In this document: positions 22,021 to 35,365 of the stretch, piece by piece
Layout: every line of letters starts with the position of its first letter
Numbering within the stretch: position 1 is the first letter of the stretch
Source of the DNA: Octopus bimaculoides
Taxonomy: Eukaryota
Assembly (NCBI RefSeq): GCF_001194135.2
Contig: NC_068982.1
Location: 61,622,867-61,686,866 of the forward strand
DNA length: 64,000 bases
Reading direction: 5' to 3'
Made by a program: the position numbers and the translations under genes
The notes under the pieces: model-generated
Database searches by the model: none
What the model saw: the letters and a program-made list of their open reading frames with translations, nothing else
What the model was told of the DNA's origin: nothing

Positions 22021-22427
22021 CTTTACTTTCTTTTACTTTTTCTTTTACTCGTTTCAGTCATTTGACTGTGGCCATGCTGGAGCACCGCCTTTAGTCGAGC
22101 AAATCGACCCCAGGATTTATTCTTTGTAAGCCTAGTAATTATTCTATCGGTCTCTTTGCCGAACCGCTAAGTTACAGGGACGTAAACACACCACCATTGG
22201 TTGTCAAGCAATGTTAGGGGGACAAACACAGACACACAAACACACACACACACATATATATATACGACGGTCTTCTTTCAGTTTCCGTCTACCAAATCCA
22301 CTCACAAGGCTTTGGTCGGCCCGAGGCTATAGTAGAAGACACTTGCCCAAAGTGCCACACAGTGGGACTGAACCCGGAACCATGTGGTTGGTTAGCAAGC
22401 TACTTACCACACAGCCACTCCTGCGCC
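22021..22427 (-). mobile_element. SINE family A, full length
   Basis: Reverse complement of 36734-37128 at high identity. Confidence 0.92.
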
Positions 22428-22934
22428 TATAAAGGTAAATTATTATCTTTTAATCAACACTGGATTATTATTTGTAGAGATTAGTTGAGAGTGGACAGAG
22501 GCAGAGAAACAAATGTAGAAAGGGTGAAAGAAGAGCAAAAGAAACCAGCAAATCTGAAAATTAGGTCAATCTTTCTCCAGGTGAGATGAGTACTTCTTGC
22601 AAGTTTTCTCACAGACGGCCGTTATTAGTAAGAAGAAAGGAAACACCAATTTTCAGATGGTCACTCTTATATTTTGAATCTGCTACTACCAAAGATTATA
22701 AGTGGTGTGTAACCTTTCTCTGCTTTTTGCTATAAATAAAAGATGAGCTGGAAGTGTTATGAGGACAGTTATCTTCATATTATTCTGCAGGGAGATGGAT
22801 TTAAGAATAAAAAACGTTATTAAATATGCACACATGTGCACACTCAGTCTCCCTCTCTCCTTATTTCTCTCTCTCCATATACACTTTTTTGGTAGAACAA
22901 AGGAATAAGAACTCAATACATGAGAATATGTATA

Positions 22935-23282
22935 TGTGTGTAGTATGGCTTGGTAATTAGATCATCGGGCTCACAATCATGAAGTAGTGAGTTTGATTCC
23001 TGGACCAGGTTGTATGTTGTGTTCTTGAATAAAATATTTTATTTCATGTTGCTCCTGTTCTCTCAGAAACTGGAGTTGCGATGTCACTGGTACCAAGCTG
23101 TATCAGCCTTTGCATTTCCCTTGGATGACATCGGTGGCATGGAGAGAGGAGGCTGGTATGCATGCATGACTGCTGGTCTGCCATAAATAACCATATCTGG
23201 ACTTGTGCGTCAGAGGGGAATTTTCTAGGTGCAATCTCATGGTCATTTATGACTGAAGGGGGCCTTTACCCCTTTTACCCAA
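22935..23282 (+). mobile_element. SINE family D (tRNA head plus conserved-type central domain), diverged; fragment also at ~31310-31455
   Basis: tggcttggtaattag...gagtttgattcctggacc head; gttgtgttcttgaataaaatattttatttcatgttgctcc centre; (tttacc)n-like tail. Confidence 0.6.
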
Positions 23283-23484
23283 TATATATATATATATCAT
23301 TATTGACCACACATACACAACCTATGCATTTAGTTTGTTTGCCAGTAGGTTGCAGTTTAGTGTGCTGGGGTTAACTCCCTCAAAGGACCAGGTATTAGAA
23401 TTCCTGAAAGTCAAATACAGGTGAGACAACTCACCCACTTTACAATGAAAATTCTTAATTTAATAAAATTATCTGTCTCTAGAG

Positions 23485-24990
23485 CAGGGATGTTAAACTC
23501 ATTTTAGTTTACAGACCACATATCAATCCACTTTGATCTCAAGCAGGCCAGACCAGTTAAAAATGGCATAAGAACCTACAAATAGCAATTTCAAAATTTC
23601 CTCTTTGTTTTAGTATAAAAAATTACATCCTGAAAATGTTCATGTTTAAAGAACAATTTTATTTTGCAAAACATTTAACAAGTGAAAGTGGGAACTGTTA
23701 AAGAAGACTGTGTTATAACACTGCCTTGTAACTGTATACAATTTATAAACTACAAAAAAAAAAAAACACTTTGAAAAACATTAAAAAACATTTTTATTAT
23801 TTTTTTCTCATTTATTTTCAATGTTACTGAAACTTCGCATCTTTTCTCCTTCACAAGTGCATCAGTATCAGGCAGCAAATCCTGAGTAGCAGCCAGTTTC
23901 AGGATGTCATTTAGGTGCTTGTGTGTGAGCCTTGAGCACAGCTTTGTTTTATTGATGCTTATTACAGAGAAAACTTGCTCACAAAGGTAAGTTCCCAAAC
24001 ATGCACAAAACTTTTGCAGCAAAGGCTGTCAATTTGGGGTACTTTGACAAGAGATACTGATAAAATGTGTCCATGCCCACCAAGATAAATTCATTCTTCA
24101 AATCTGAATCACACTGCAAGTCAATTATTTCAAGTTGTATGTTGATGGGCAGATCAGAGGTGTGACTGTAAATGGTGAGCAAAAAATTGTGAAATCTGTT
24201 TCAAGTTCATAAAAAATCTGAAACTGTTGCTCAAACTCTCACAACAATCCCGTGATATTGTCTTTGTACCAATTCAAATTGACATCATCTGTGGTCACAG
24301 CCTCATCTTTTAGACAAGGAAAATGAGCAGGGTCACCACCTGACAGTTGTCTCCCACAAAGTTAGCTCCAACTTAAATGTGTGTATGCTTTCAAAATACT
24401 GTGAGACAACTTTTTTATGGCCTTGCAGCATTTTGTTCAGATTATTCAAGTGCTCTATAAAATCCACAATAAATGCTAAGTCTTACAGCCATTGAAATTC
24501 TAACACTGCTTTGCCCTTTTTCTCCATGAGCTGTTCGATTTTTTTCTTATAGATTAAAGAAACACTTCAGCATGGCACCTCAGCTTAACCACTTTACCTC
24601 AGTGCGATATGGCAAGCCATAGGTAATGCCTATATCACTGAGAAGATTGTCAAACTGATGGTGATTCAAACCTCTATTTTGGATGAAATTAACAGTTTGG
24701 CCAACCACTTCCATGATGTGATCCATTTTGAATGACTTGCAACACAATGCCTCCTGGTGCAAAATGCAGTGAAATATCCAAAAATCATGTCCTCCATTTG
24801 CAGTCTGTACTTTCTCTCTGAACTGCATCACAACACCTGCTTTTTTCCCCAATCATTGATGGCGCATCATCTGTAGCTATGCTCTCAGCACAGGCTCAGT
24901 CCACTCTGATCTTGTTCAGTGCTCCAACAAAAGAGACAAAGAGCCTTTTCTTACAACATTAGGTCTCAAATATGATATCTTCCAACTGGA
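23485..24990 (-). mobile_element. hAT (Buster/SPIN, GTF2IRD2-like) transposase remnant with one terminus
   Basis: SIATDDAPSMIGKKAG, FHCILHQEALC, TEVKWLS, MFGSTYLCEQVFS-like, RSRLTHKHL-like; terminus cagggatgttaaactc at 23485 preceded by ctcTAgag (nnnTAnnn Buster-type target). Confidence 0.88.
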
Positions 24991-25104
24991 TTTAGTTATT
25001 TCTTTCATTGATTTGAAGGATTACCTAGAATTCTTTCCATCTTGATTTTGCTATTTGTAAAATGTCTCCACATATCCATAGAAAACAAACACCAAATCCA
25101 TCAC

Positions 25105-26215
25105 CCAAATCTCTGACTGTCTTTCACTAATATTTGAAGTCTTTTTTCTAACATCCTCTGTTTAATCATTCCGATGACAAAACTTTCCTAACCTTTATCT
25201 TTTGCTCTGTGTGAGACTAAATTGAATCCTGGTATTTCTAATTTAGATTCCTTGATCACTGATTGCCTCCTCTTCATCATAAAGACTCCATCCATCAGGT
25301 GAATAATCTTGGTGTCTACATTTGCAGTAATCTTCTGATTGCTTGTGAGTCAATGTTTGAGTCTTCTGACCATTTCTTCATATTTTTGAATCCTGGTATT
25401 TCTAATTTAGATTCCTTGATCACTGATTGCCTCCTCTTCATCATAAAGACTCCATCCATCATGTGAATGATCTTGGTGTCTACATTTGCAGTAATCTTCT
25501 GATTGCTTGTGAGTCAATATTTGAGTCTTCTGACCATTTCTTCATATTTTTCCACTTGCTTTTTCAGTTTACTGCTCCCTTACTGTGCTCTCCGTCCTCT
25601 CAAAACTGCTCTTGTTGATGCAGTATTCAACATAATTTTTTTGTCCTTCAAGTATTCTAATCTTTGGCAATTTCAATGCTTATCACATAAATTGGCTCAA
25701 TTCTAAAACCACAGATTCTTTTGGAACTCCTGTCTTTGTCTCCTCTCTGTCTCAGTCACTCTCTCAGATAGTCAGCTTTTCTACTTGTTGTCCTGATCAT
25801 GACTATCATAATCCTATCATTGATCATGTCTAATTATAGCATTTGCTCTATCTCTTTCCATGCTTCACTGAGTAACTCTGTCCACATTCTTTCTTCACTG
25901 GATATATTTTATAATACTTTTCCTAGCAGTGATCCTCTATCCTATCATAACTATCAACAAGGTGACTGGAGTTCTTTTTGTGATGCTCTGTGTGATAATT
26001 TATTTTCTTGCTAATGATTGTGCCTCTGATGTATCTTAGATTTAAATTAAAATTGGTGCTTTTATTCCCCACAGGTAATACTTAATTTAACCAAATTCCT
26101 CTCTCTGGTTTTCAAGTACTTGTATCCCAGCTATGGTTCTTACCACCCCCTTTTTTCCATCTGTGTTATCTGGGCTGCTCTTTAGAAAATAAATGTCTTT
26201 TCTAACTGGCTCAGA
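25105..26215 (+). mobile_element. LINE ORF2 AP-endonuclease remnant (CR1/Jockey-group)
   Basis: LSFTNI.SLFSN, ALCETKL, HKDS..LGVYI, FES.DH, SPSSQNC, FGNFNAYH-like, QSLSQIV, GDWSSFCDAL. Confidence 0.7.
25224..25551 (+). repeat. 164-bp tandem duplication (2 copies)
   Basis: Units start at 25224 and 25388; three substitutions seen. Confidence 0.92.
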
Positions 26216-27854
26216 AGCACTAAAGATTTTCAAATAAATAACTATAGATATTTTCTACATTATACATGTTTCAGATATTATAATGTGTTCTATACAAATA
26301 TTATATGCATGTATTTTATTATTTAATTCATTTAGTTTTTACGTATATTTTGTAATGCAAATTATAGAGTGTATTGTAGATTTATTTGATATTGCAGTTT
26401 AAATCATGTTTTTATTTAAGAATCTGTGATTTTTGGAGTCACGTTTAGCCTTCATCTTTGCTGGAAATATACCTAAGAAATGCTTAATAACAACAACCCA
26501 AGACTGTGTTATTGTGTTGCAGACTTCTATCTTATCAGATAGTGCAACCCATTAGGAAATGCATACATACATTGATATGCACACACACGCACGCACAAAC
26601 GCATGCACGCACACACACACTGAAGAATATAAGCACTTGTATAAATCTATATATATTTATGTTTATATATTTAAATATACTTCTAATTTGAATGCTCATC
26701 TTTGTGAATAATCATTGAAATTCATCTTTACATTTTGAATACAGATGGGTGTTGCATATGTTTTTCTGTCGTGTTTTTCTCTGCTCTCTCTACTCTCACT
26801 CAGTTTTTTTGGCTCTTTCTCCTGTTACCTCTCTCTCTCTCTCTCTCTCCAATAACGCCTCTTTACTTATCTTTTAACACCTAAATTACACATTTTTTCC
26901 TGCATACTTGCATCTCTTTTGTATTTTCTCTACACAAGTTCATTGTGTTTTCTTCCTACTGTCACCAGTTGTCAGTCAACCTTCCCCTAATCTCTCTCCT
27001 CTGTGTACTTATTTAAACTTTTTATATATCATCATTTCTTTAGCATTTTCTAACTCTTTTCTTCACTTTTTTCCCTATTTTTCACCTTTAGTTTCATCTA
27101 TTGGTGCTTCAAATTTTCTTCATACACTAGTGTATATTGAAAACGCATGCATGCACACACACACACACACGCATGCGTGTATATCTATATATGTATGTGT
27201 GTGTGTGTATACACATGTATATGTGTGTAGATTAGATGTAATATTCATGTGTATACATACCTATGCATATTCAAAAACAAAAACAAGCACACACATATAA
27301 AAGAGAGAATGTTAGAGAGAAAGAATTGACTAGTTGAATAGATATTGCTTCAATAGGCCTTAATGCATATCTGTTCACAGCAGATTATATATTTATCCTT
27401 CAAATTATAGAAAATTTCCCAAAATAAATAAATTAATAAATTTATGAACAGCAGAAAACAAACAGAATACGTTGTCAATCTATGAATAGTGTCATAAAGA
27501 AAATCCTTGTTGTAGTTCACTTATAATTCAATTTCCTTTTAGAGAATAACAATTTATGCAAACATATCTAAGTATAATGTTGCTTTTAAAGGTTAGAAAT
27601 CCAACACAGCCAAATCAACATCTTGGCATTATCTAGAAGTGTCTGCTTTCGCTTATTCTGAAACAATTCCGCAGTTTCTCAATGAATCTTCACCAAATTT
27701 TGAATACAAATCTAAATTCATCTCAGAATAATGAGGGAAGGAAAAAAAAAAATTAAAGGGGTGAGGGTGAGATGGGGTGTCAAATGTCCTCCTGTGGCAA
27801 TATTTAAACATTTAGACATGTGCATACTCAGAGAAGCACATACGTGCGTGCGTG

Positions 27855-27859
<5 letters not shown>

Positions 27860-27903
<44 letters not shown>
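27860..27903. repeat. (CA)n microsatellite
   Basis: Direct inspection. Confidence 0.95.
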
Positions 27904-27907
<4 letters not shown>

Positions 27908-28429
27908 TGATGTACCTTTAAGTTGGCGAACTATCTCCACGACAAAAACAGCTGTTGATAGACATAATTGTATATAAATGATATTTTTCAATTTTTGTTT
28001 CTAATGAATATTTCTTTATATATCAGATTTCCTTTTTAACACCATTTTTCAATGAACAATTATTTACAGAAACATGCTGTAACCTAAAGTTAATGAAAAA
28101 AACAAACTATTTCTGCATGTTTGGCAAACTTGGTAATGAATTGCTCAATCATTTTACCATTTGCAATGATTTTTAATTGAAGATGTATTACATAAAAAAC
28201 AAAGTGTTTGTAGTAGCTTACAAAAAAGACCAATTCTACGCAGATGAAACAGTGTATTAGCAAATAAAATTCTTTAAATATGCTAGGTTATAAAGACTGC
28301 TACAAATTAAGTTCAGTAATGTGTAGTTTATTTACAAAAAAAAAAAAGAAAAGAAAAATATGAAGAAGCAAAATACATGTTAACAAAAATTATTCTTACG
28401 ATTAGTATTTTATTCAATGTGAGCCTTGT

Positions 28430-29700
28430 GGCTGATTCAAAGTAACTAGTTTTTCAACTTGGCTGCCATGCTTGCAATAAAATGAAGTTCATCCCCTTTT
28501 TTAGGATGGTTACTCAGTTTATGATAGCAAGTAACTTACTAAACTAAAACCCAGATTCAACAAGAACTGAGAAACACAATAACATACAATTTTACTTTCT
28601 TCTAAAAAAAGTAGAAATTTTCTTGCAATTTCACTACTTTTTCATAAATTATCATTGCTATGTTTGAATCTACCTTGAGCTCTTTAAATCATCCTATAAC
28701 TGTTAGGCTTTTCTGTAATTTAGTGGCAACTTCAGTTGCATTTACTCCAAATGGATCCTATTCTAGATAGTCTCTGAACCCAACTTTTATATTATTCTAC
28801 AAATGTTTCAAATGCTTAACACACACACAGATATTATCTTGCAGTTCAGTGTCAATGGGGCAATGTTGGAAACTGCACCAACTTGCAATATTCTCTCTCA
28901 AGAACTGTTTCCCTATGTTAGCAGTAATAGCCTCTTTGCAAGATATCAGATTACACTTTTCTCTTTGTAACTGTTCGTTTAGAAAATTGAACTTTTGAAA
29001 TATATCCGGGGGTTAAAATGTATCACACCTAACAAGAACTATTTGCCAGGATGCTAACTATTCATAAATGGTACAGTACTATCCCAAAGTGCCACTAAGC
29101 AATGATGACAATTACTCTTTGATAGCCATTACACCTCTGGATGTATATCTCGTGTTCACACTTCCAATTAGTTTGCAATACTAAATGATGATGGCTGACT
29201 ATTCAATGTATGCAAAGAGCCTGGAACACTGCATTTTTTTTCAAATAAGCAATGAACTATCTCTAATTACCATAGAGACAGCATCATCAATTGCACAATC
29301 CATTGTATTTCCAAATGCAATATTGTTTACTTTGAAATAAGTCTCAACTTAAATTTTAATCTTTCAAGCCAAAAGCATTTCTTCTTGATATTGAAAATCA
29401 TCCAAAAACCTAACATACTTCATTCTCTCTTAAAATGGACTCATCAATTTACTGGGCTAACTGTTACCCTTGTAATAGTCTAACTAATAGTTTTCCCTCA
29501 TCCCCAGCCATTTTCTCAATGCACCTTGATACTGATGAGTTGTTCAAAAGAGATGGCCTTGTAAATTTCCTGCACACTCCTGACAGCTGCATTCTGACAC
29601 TAAAGGTGCACTAGGATGAACAGAAGTGAGCAATGAACTTTATGACACCCAGTGTTGCATTCTTTTGCTCTTTGTGTGTTGCCAAAATCTGTTAAAAGCT
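28430..29700 (-). mobile_element. Decayed hAT transposase (Buster/Charlie, ZBED5/SCAND3-like)
   Basis: NNSSVSRCIEKMAGD, IDES, ETYFKVNNIAFGNTMDCAIDDAVSM, KFNFLNEQLQ..CNLISCKEAI, LVESGFS. Confidence 0.75.
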
Positions 29701-30358
29701 ATTATTTCTATTTTAGTAACCCTAAAGGATTTGTGGAAATAAAGTTTAGTAACTGTGAGGAATGGATTAATCAATGTTGTTGTCACAGCCTATGAACTTA
29801 AAGAGCTTGGTATGGTTAAGTAATGGTTTATAGAAAATGGTAGTCAAGTTGTGAGTTCAGTTAAGCTTATGGCTGACCATAACTAAAAGTGTGTGGGGGA
29901 GGAGAGGACAGGAGGTAATTATGTCAAGACGATGTATTGAAAAAGAGAAGAGACTCATTGCAGTTGGGTGTATTTGGGATTTAAAAAGTAAATCACTAAA
30001 GCTACAGTGGATTTAGATTAACCAGGCAGGGAAGGGCTGGATGGTGAGATGTTGAACAAATACTGAAATAAAAGGGATGGGAATGTTCATTGTTGGCTAG
30101 AGGCAAGGTAAAGGGTTGAATAAGTGCTTAGTAGTACAAAGAACATAAACACAACTAGGAATGGAAGGAAATATGTTTTAATGATTCACTAAAAAAAAAA
30201 AGGCAAGTTATACACGCAAATATACATGTCATATATTCTTAGGCTAGCTGGAGGTCTGAGTGCATACATATTCTATAGGATTGTTTTGGATTTTAGTTTA
30301 CTATGAAGTTATCTAAAATAAGAGATATGTAGTAATTAACTATTGTAGTAATATTTAT

Positions 30359-30750
30359 GGTTGGCTGTGTGGTAAGTAGCTTGCTTACCAACCACATGGT
30401 TCCGGGTTCAGTCCCACTGCATGACACCTTGAGCAAGTGTCTTCTACTATAGCCTCGGGCTGACCAAAGCCTTGTGAGTGAATTTGGTAGACAGAAACTG
30501 AAAGAAGCCCGTCGTATATATGTAATTATGTATATGTATATTTATGTGTCTGTGTTTGTGCCCCACCCCCATCGCTTGACAACCGATACTGGCGTGTTTA
30601 TGTCCCCGTAACGTAGCGGTTCGGCAAAAGAGACCGATAGAATAAGTACTAGGCTTACAAAGAATAAGTCCTGGGGTCGATTTGCTCAACTAAAGGCGGT
30701 GCTCCAGCTTGGCTGCAGTCAATTGACTGAAACAAGTAAAAGAGTAAAGA
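30359..30750 (+). mobile_element. SINE family A, full length
   Basis: Matches the A consensus end to end. Confidence 0.92.
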
Positions 30751-32327
30751 GGATGGAAAAATTTAATAGGTGGATCATGACAAGATCATTGTATAGCTAG
30801 CAGTTGTGTCCCTTCTCTCACATTGTTCAGTGTTTTTTATGTGGCTCCTAAACAATGTGATTTGGACTCCAGGGAGCTTCATGACCTCACCGCCTTCCAA
30901 TTTAGAAGCACTTTTTATTCCCTAATTCCTCAGCACAGTTTTGTTTACTTCTCTTTATCAAATACTGTCCAAACTACAGGTTTAAATCTTTAGAATGTTT
31001 ATGTCTTTATGGATATGGCCAGTTTGTTGCAGTAACTTCCTTATTGTCCTAGCAGCCAAAGGTTAGTATATTGTCATTGAGTTTCTAATAAAATATTTAA
31101 TTCAGAATGGCCTGTAACTGCTTTCTGTGAATATGTATTTTAAGGTGATTTGGCTTAAAGCTGTGCACTAATATAAACTGATGGTCATTTTCTTAGTTGG
31201 CAATGCTAGCTTCAGATTCTCTTTATGATTGATAATCATTTCTATTTTGAGAAAAACATTTCTCCAAACAACTTAATATTTTTGAGGTTGAGAAAACTTC
31301 AGCTTGTAGGAGTGAAATTGGCTGAGTGGATAAGATAAAAGTATTAGACTACTTGCTCATGAATTGTGAGATCTTATTCAGTTTCACAGTAGCTGTATAG
31401 TTGTGTATCTGGGCAAAGCACTTCATTCAATATTGTCCCAGTTTACCTAGCTGTCAGGAAAAGAAACCACCTTTTCTCAGGGAAAGTCAATAGAGCTGGT
31501 TCCCTATTCTCACATCTTACTTATTGTGAAAGGTCAGCTAGTCAACTGCATTTATTATACCAGCGTGTGAGATAAAGAAATATTTATCCATTATCTAAGC
31601 TAGCAACAATACACTTTACCTATTAAGCAGGACATTGAGCAGAAACAGGTGACACATAAGAATATTTGATGTAAGATTCTTTACAAATTAGCTTGAGTTT
31701 ACTGTTTTCTCTACAAATAGTCATACCCATCCAGCTAGGTATTGATCGAATTAAAAAAAAAACTGAATAGATGCATTGAAGTGTAGTCCGAACATAGGCA
31801 TCAAGTTTGCATAATTTCACAATAGAGTTGTTGATGAAAGGAAGGAAAAGCTGTAAAACAACTGCTTTAGCATCTTATATAGATATACTTATCTACAGAA
31901 TCAATACATCTCTCTCTCTCTCTCTCTTTCCTTCACCACATACAGCTGCACACATACATATATGCATATTAACACACTTTTTTTGTTTAATAAATGAGAA
32001 AATGAGCACTCAATACACACTGTTGAGTATATTTACCTGTAGGAAATTATTGATTTATTGCACTGCTATTCTGAGCTCTCTGCTTGATGTGATCCTTCTG
32101 ATTCACTGTCAACTTTGTAATATATAAGTGCGTATGTTTATCCACACACACACATCTAACTATGTGGTTTCAGGTTCAGTCCAACTGTGTGGCACTTGAA
32201 TGTCTTCCACTTATAGACCAGAGTGGATTTGATAAATAAAAACTGAAAGAAGCCCTTTGGATAGGTATATTTGGGTTTGTGTTTATGCCTCCTCATTTTG
32301 ATATTGCATGGTTGTTGTAAATGAGTG

Positions 32328-32670
32328 TCATCATCATCATCATTGTCGTTTAACGTCCGCTTTCCATGCTAGCATGGGTTGGACGATTTGACTGAGGACT
32401 GGTGGACCAGGAGGCGACACCAGGCTCCAATCTGATTTGGCAGAGTTTCTACAGCTGGATGCCCTTCCTAACACCAACCACTCCGAGAGTGTAGTGGGTG
32501 CTTTTACGTGCCACTGGCACGAGGGCCAGTCAAGCGGGTACTGGCAATGGCCATGCTCGAAATGGTGTATTTTACGTGCCACCTGCACAAGGGCCAGTCC
32601 AGGGGCACTGGCAATGAACTCACTCGAATGTCTTACTGGCAAAGGCCACACTCAAAATGGTGTGATGTCA
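32328..32670 (-). mobile_element. RTE LINE 3' UTR/tail
   Basis: (atc)n gtcgtttaacgtccgctttccatgctagcatgggttggacg... Confidence 0.9.
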
Positions 32671-32739
32671 TTCACTTCCAATCTTCCATGAAAATATGTC
32701 TGATCATGGGGAAATATTATGTTGTTTGGAAACAACTGA

Positions 32740-33035
32740 GGGTTGTTGAGAGGAAGGGCACCTGGCCATAGAAAATCTGCCTCAATGAATTCCATCTGAC
32801 CCATGCAAGCATGGAAAAGTGGATGCTAAAATGATGATGATGATGATGACTGTGTGTGTGTTTGTGAGAAAGAATGGATGAATGATGATATTTCACTTTG
32901 TCATGATTTAAATGAAATGGCATTGCTGTTTACATTTCTTGTTGACATTATGTCTAAATCACTCTGCTAGCATGGTAAAACAGACATAAATGAAATAACT
33001 AGTATATATAGTTTCACGTATTTCTGTATGCCTCA

Positions 33036-33066
<31 letters not shown>

Positions 33067-33170
33067 TGGAGCCTGGTGTTGCCATCCGGTTTCACCAGTC
33101 CTCAGTCAAATCGTCCAACCCATGCTAGCATGGAAAGCGGACGTTAAACGATGATGATGATGATGATGAT
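32740..33170 (+). mobile_element. Two RTE-type 3' tails (32740-32850 diverged; 33066-33170 young)
   Basis: cccatgcaagcatggaaaagtggatgctaaaatgatgatg and cccatgctagcatggaaagcggacgttaaacgatgatg. Confidence 0.85.
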
Positions 33171-33213
33171 ATATATCTGTGTATGTGTAAATGTATATAT
33201 ATAAATAAAATTC

Positions 33214-34124
33214 ATATAAACAGCTAGGCACAATATAATACCATAAAGGAAAAATTCAATTGTCACTAAATGTGACCAAGGGTGTCGAGACACCTACATT
33301 GCTAGAAACAGGAGTAAAATACCCATTGTGCTATAGGAAGAGCACAAATGTATATGCATGTGCTGAGTGGGGAAGAAACTGCCCCATAACCGAATTGAGA
33401 ATCTCTCTCACTAGATGTCTAGTTTTGTGCATTTCCGTATCCTTCATCAGTGAGAGTTGCTTGACTAGCTGATAAAATCTTTATTATGATCACTATGGAT
33501 TGAACATAGATGAGGACAGCACAAGACAAACAATTACACAAAATGAATGAGATCGTGCTTATTTACAATTTGATTTTGACTATTATGTACAATTTGATAA
33601 TTTAAAATAATGAGAACTTGTAATAAAATTGAAAACTTAAAACAGATCCATCTTTTGTTCTTATTTTTAAAATAATACAGAAATTACAATCTTCCGCCGA
33701 GCAGCCTATACGGCCCAGCAGATCACTTTTTATTTCTTTGATGGTTAATTTGGGCAACTGGCATCCCACCTTTTTCATCACTTCCTTCCATCTTTGCTCA
33801 TATACTCTAGCTGACAATGTCCTCTTTTCAGCCCCATCTATGTATTTACCATAGAAATCTATGGATGATTTAGTGGAATGCTAATGTGTATACAAAAAAT
33901 TAATATAAACAACTACGTGTAATATAATACCATAAAGGAAAAATTCAATTGTCCCTGATAATGACTAAGGGTATTGAGACACTTACATTGCTAGAAATGA
34001 GAGTAAAATACTTTTTGTGCTGTAGGAAGAGCACAAATGTATACATAATAAACTACCCCATGACCGAATCAAGAATCTCTTGCACTAGGCGTCTAGTTTC
34101 ATGTATTTCTGTACACCTCATCAT
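33214..34124 (-). mobile_element. Penelope-like remnant: two ~230-bp direct repeats flanking a decayed GIY-YIG 3' segment
   Basis: Repeats begin at 33214 and 33903. Between them, minus-strand KYIDGAEKRTLSARVYEQ and GPYR..G/CNFC/DGSVL. Each repeat has a TGATGA..GAAAC-like motif on the minus strand. Confidence 0.55.
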
Positions 34125-34687
34125 ATATAAAAGTTTTGCATTATGTTATTGGTTGATTTGATCATCATGGTCGGCATCAGTTCTTATTTGGAGTTATTGC
34201 CCTCCTAGAACATCTATAAGGTTATATCTCACATGTGCATTATATTTTTATGTTTTCTACCGGTGGATGCTCTCTCTAACACCAATGACTTTTCAGGGTG
34301 TACAGGTGTATTTTATCATGGTGCCAGCTCCAGAGAGGATGTCATATCCTCAATGGGACAAGATTGAAGGCTCTTCTCAACTCTTTCTTGTCATTGCTCA
34401 TTCACCAACCACTTTACAGCATGTACTGACTGCATTTTGTTCTGCCAACAACACTACTGGGGTTGCTTTGAGAGAAAATGGGCTCCCACTGCTCTGAGTT
34501 GTGTCTCTGTTTGTTCACCATATGTAAGGGGATAGAGGAGGTTGAAGTGAGAAGATGAAGCAAGGTAAGAGGCAAAAAGAAGTGGGAATGTGATGGGAGT
34601 GTGATTGGAGTGACATTGTGAAAAGGTAGGAGGAATGGGAGAGACATGCTTAGAAAAAGTGATAGAAGAGAGACAATATGGCAGGGT

Positions 34688-34724
<37 letters not shown>

Positions 34725-35149
34725 AATAACTGTTTTATATTGGTGAGTAATGGATATAGAAGTGGTCTGTGGTAGAGAATGTGATAGAGATCAGTAAGTG
34801 ACCTTTGAAAGAGGGAGTAGTGGATGACAGTGTAGATGGGTAATGTTAGCTGGTCTGAGAGAATATAAATGCTGCATGATGGGAATAAGTGGCAATGATA
34901 AGCAAGTGATGGATGTCAATGAAAGAATAGTCTGAGGGGTAGGAAATGACAGGTAGCATCATGGGAGGGGGAAGTGCCATACATCAGCAAATCTAATGCA
35001 ATTGATCATTGGTTGCTTAAGCTTGTGATTGGAATGAAGTACTAATAGTGGCTACAAGTTTCTTGGTAGGAGAGAGAGAGAGGGAGGATAGGGTGTTGTT
35101 TCTGGCACTAACAATTTAGTCCTTTTGCATTCAGATTACCCTATCAAAT

Positions 35150-35365
35150 CATCATCATCATCATCATCGTCGTTTAACGTCCGCTTTCCATGCTAGCATG
35201 GGTTGGACGATTTGACTGAGGACTGGTGAGCCAGATGGCTACACCAGGCTCCAATTTGATTTGGCAGAGTTTCTACAGCTGGATGCCCTTCCTAATGCCA
35301 ACCACTCCGAGAGTGTAGTGGGTGCTTTTACGTGCCACCCGGCACGAAGGCCAGTCAGGAGATAC
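35150..35365 (-). mobile_element. RTE LINE 3' tail
   Basis: Near-identical to 32328-32510. Confidence 0.9.

Noticed and set aside
22478-22580. Purine-rich candidate exon ending CAG|GTGAGA
   Set aside because: The open frame (LRVDRGRETN...) has a stop just upstream, and neither acceptor joins in frame with the putative 17164 exon
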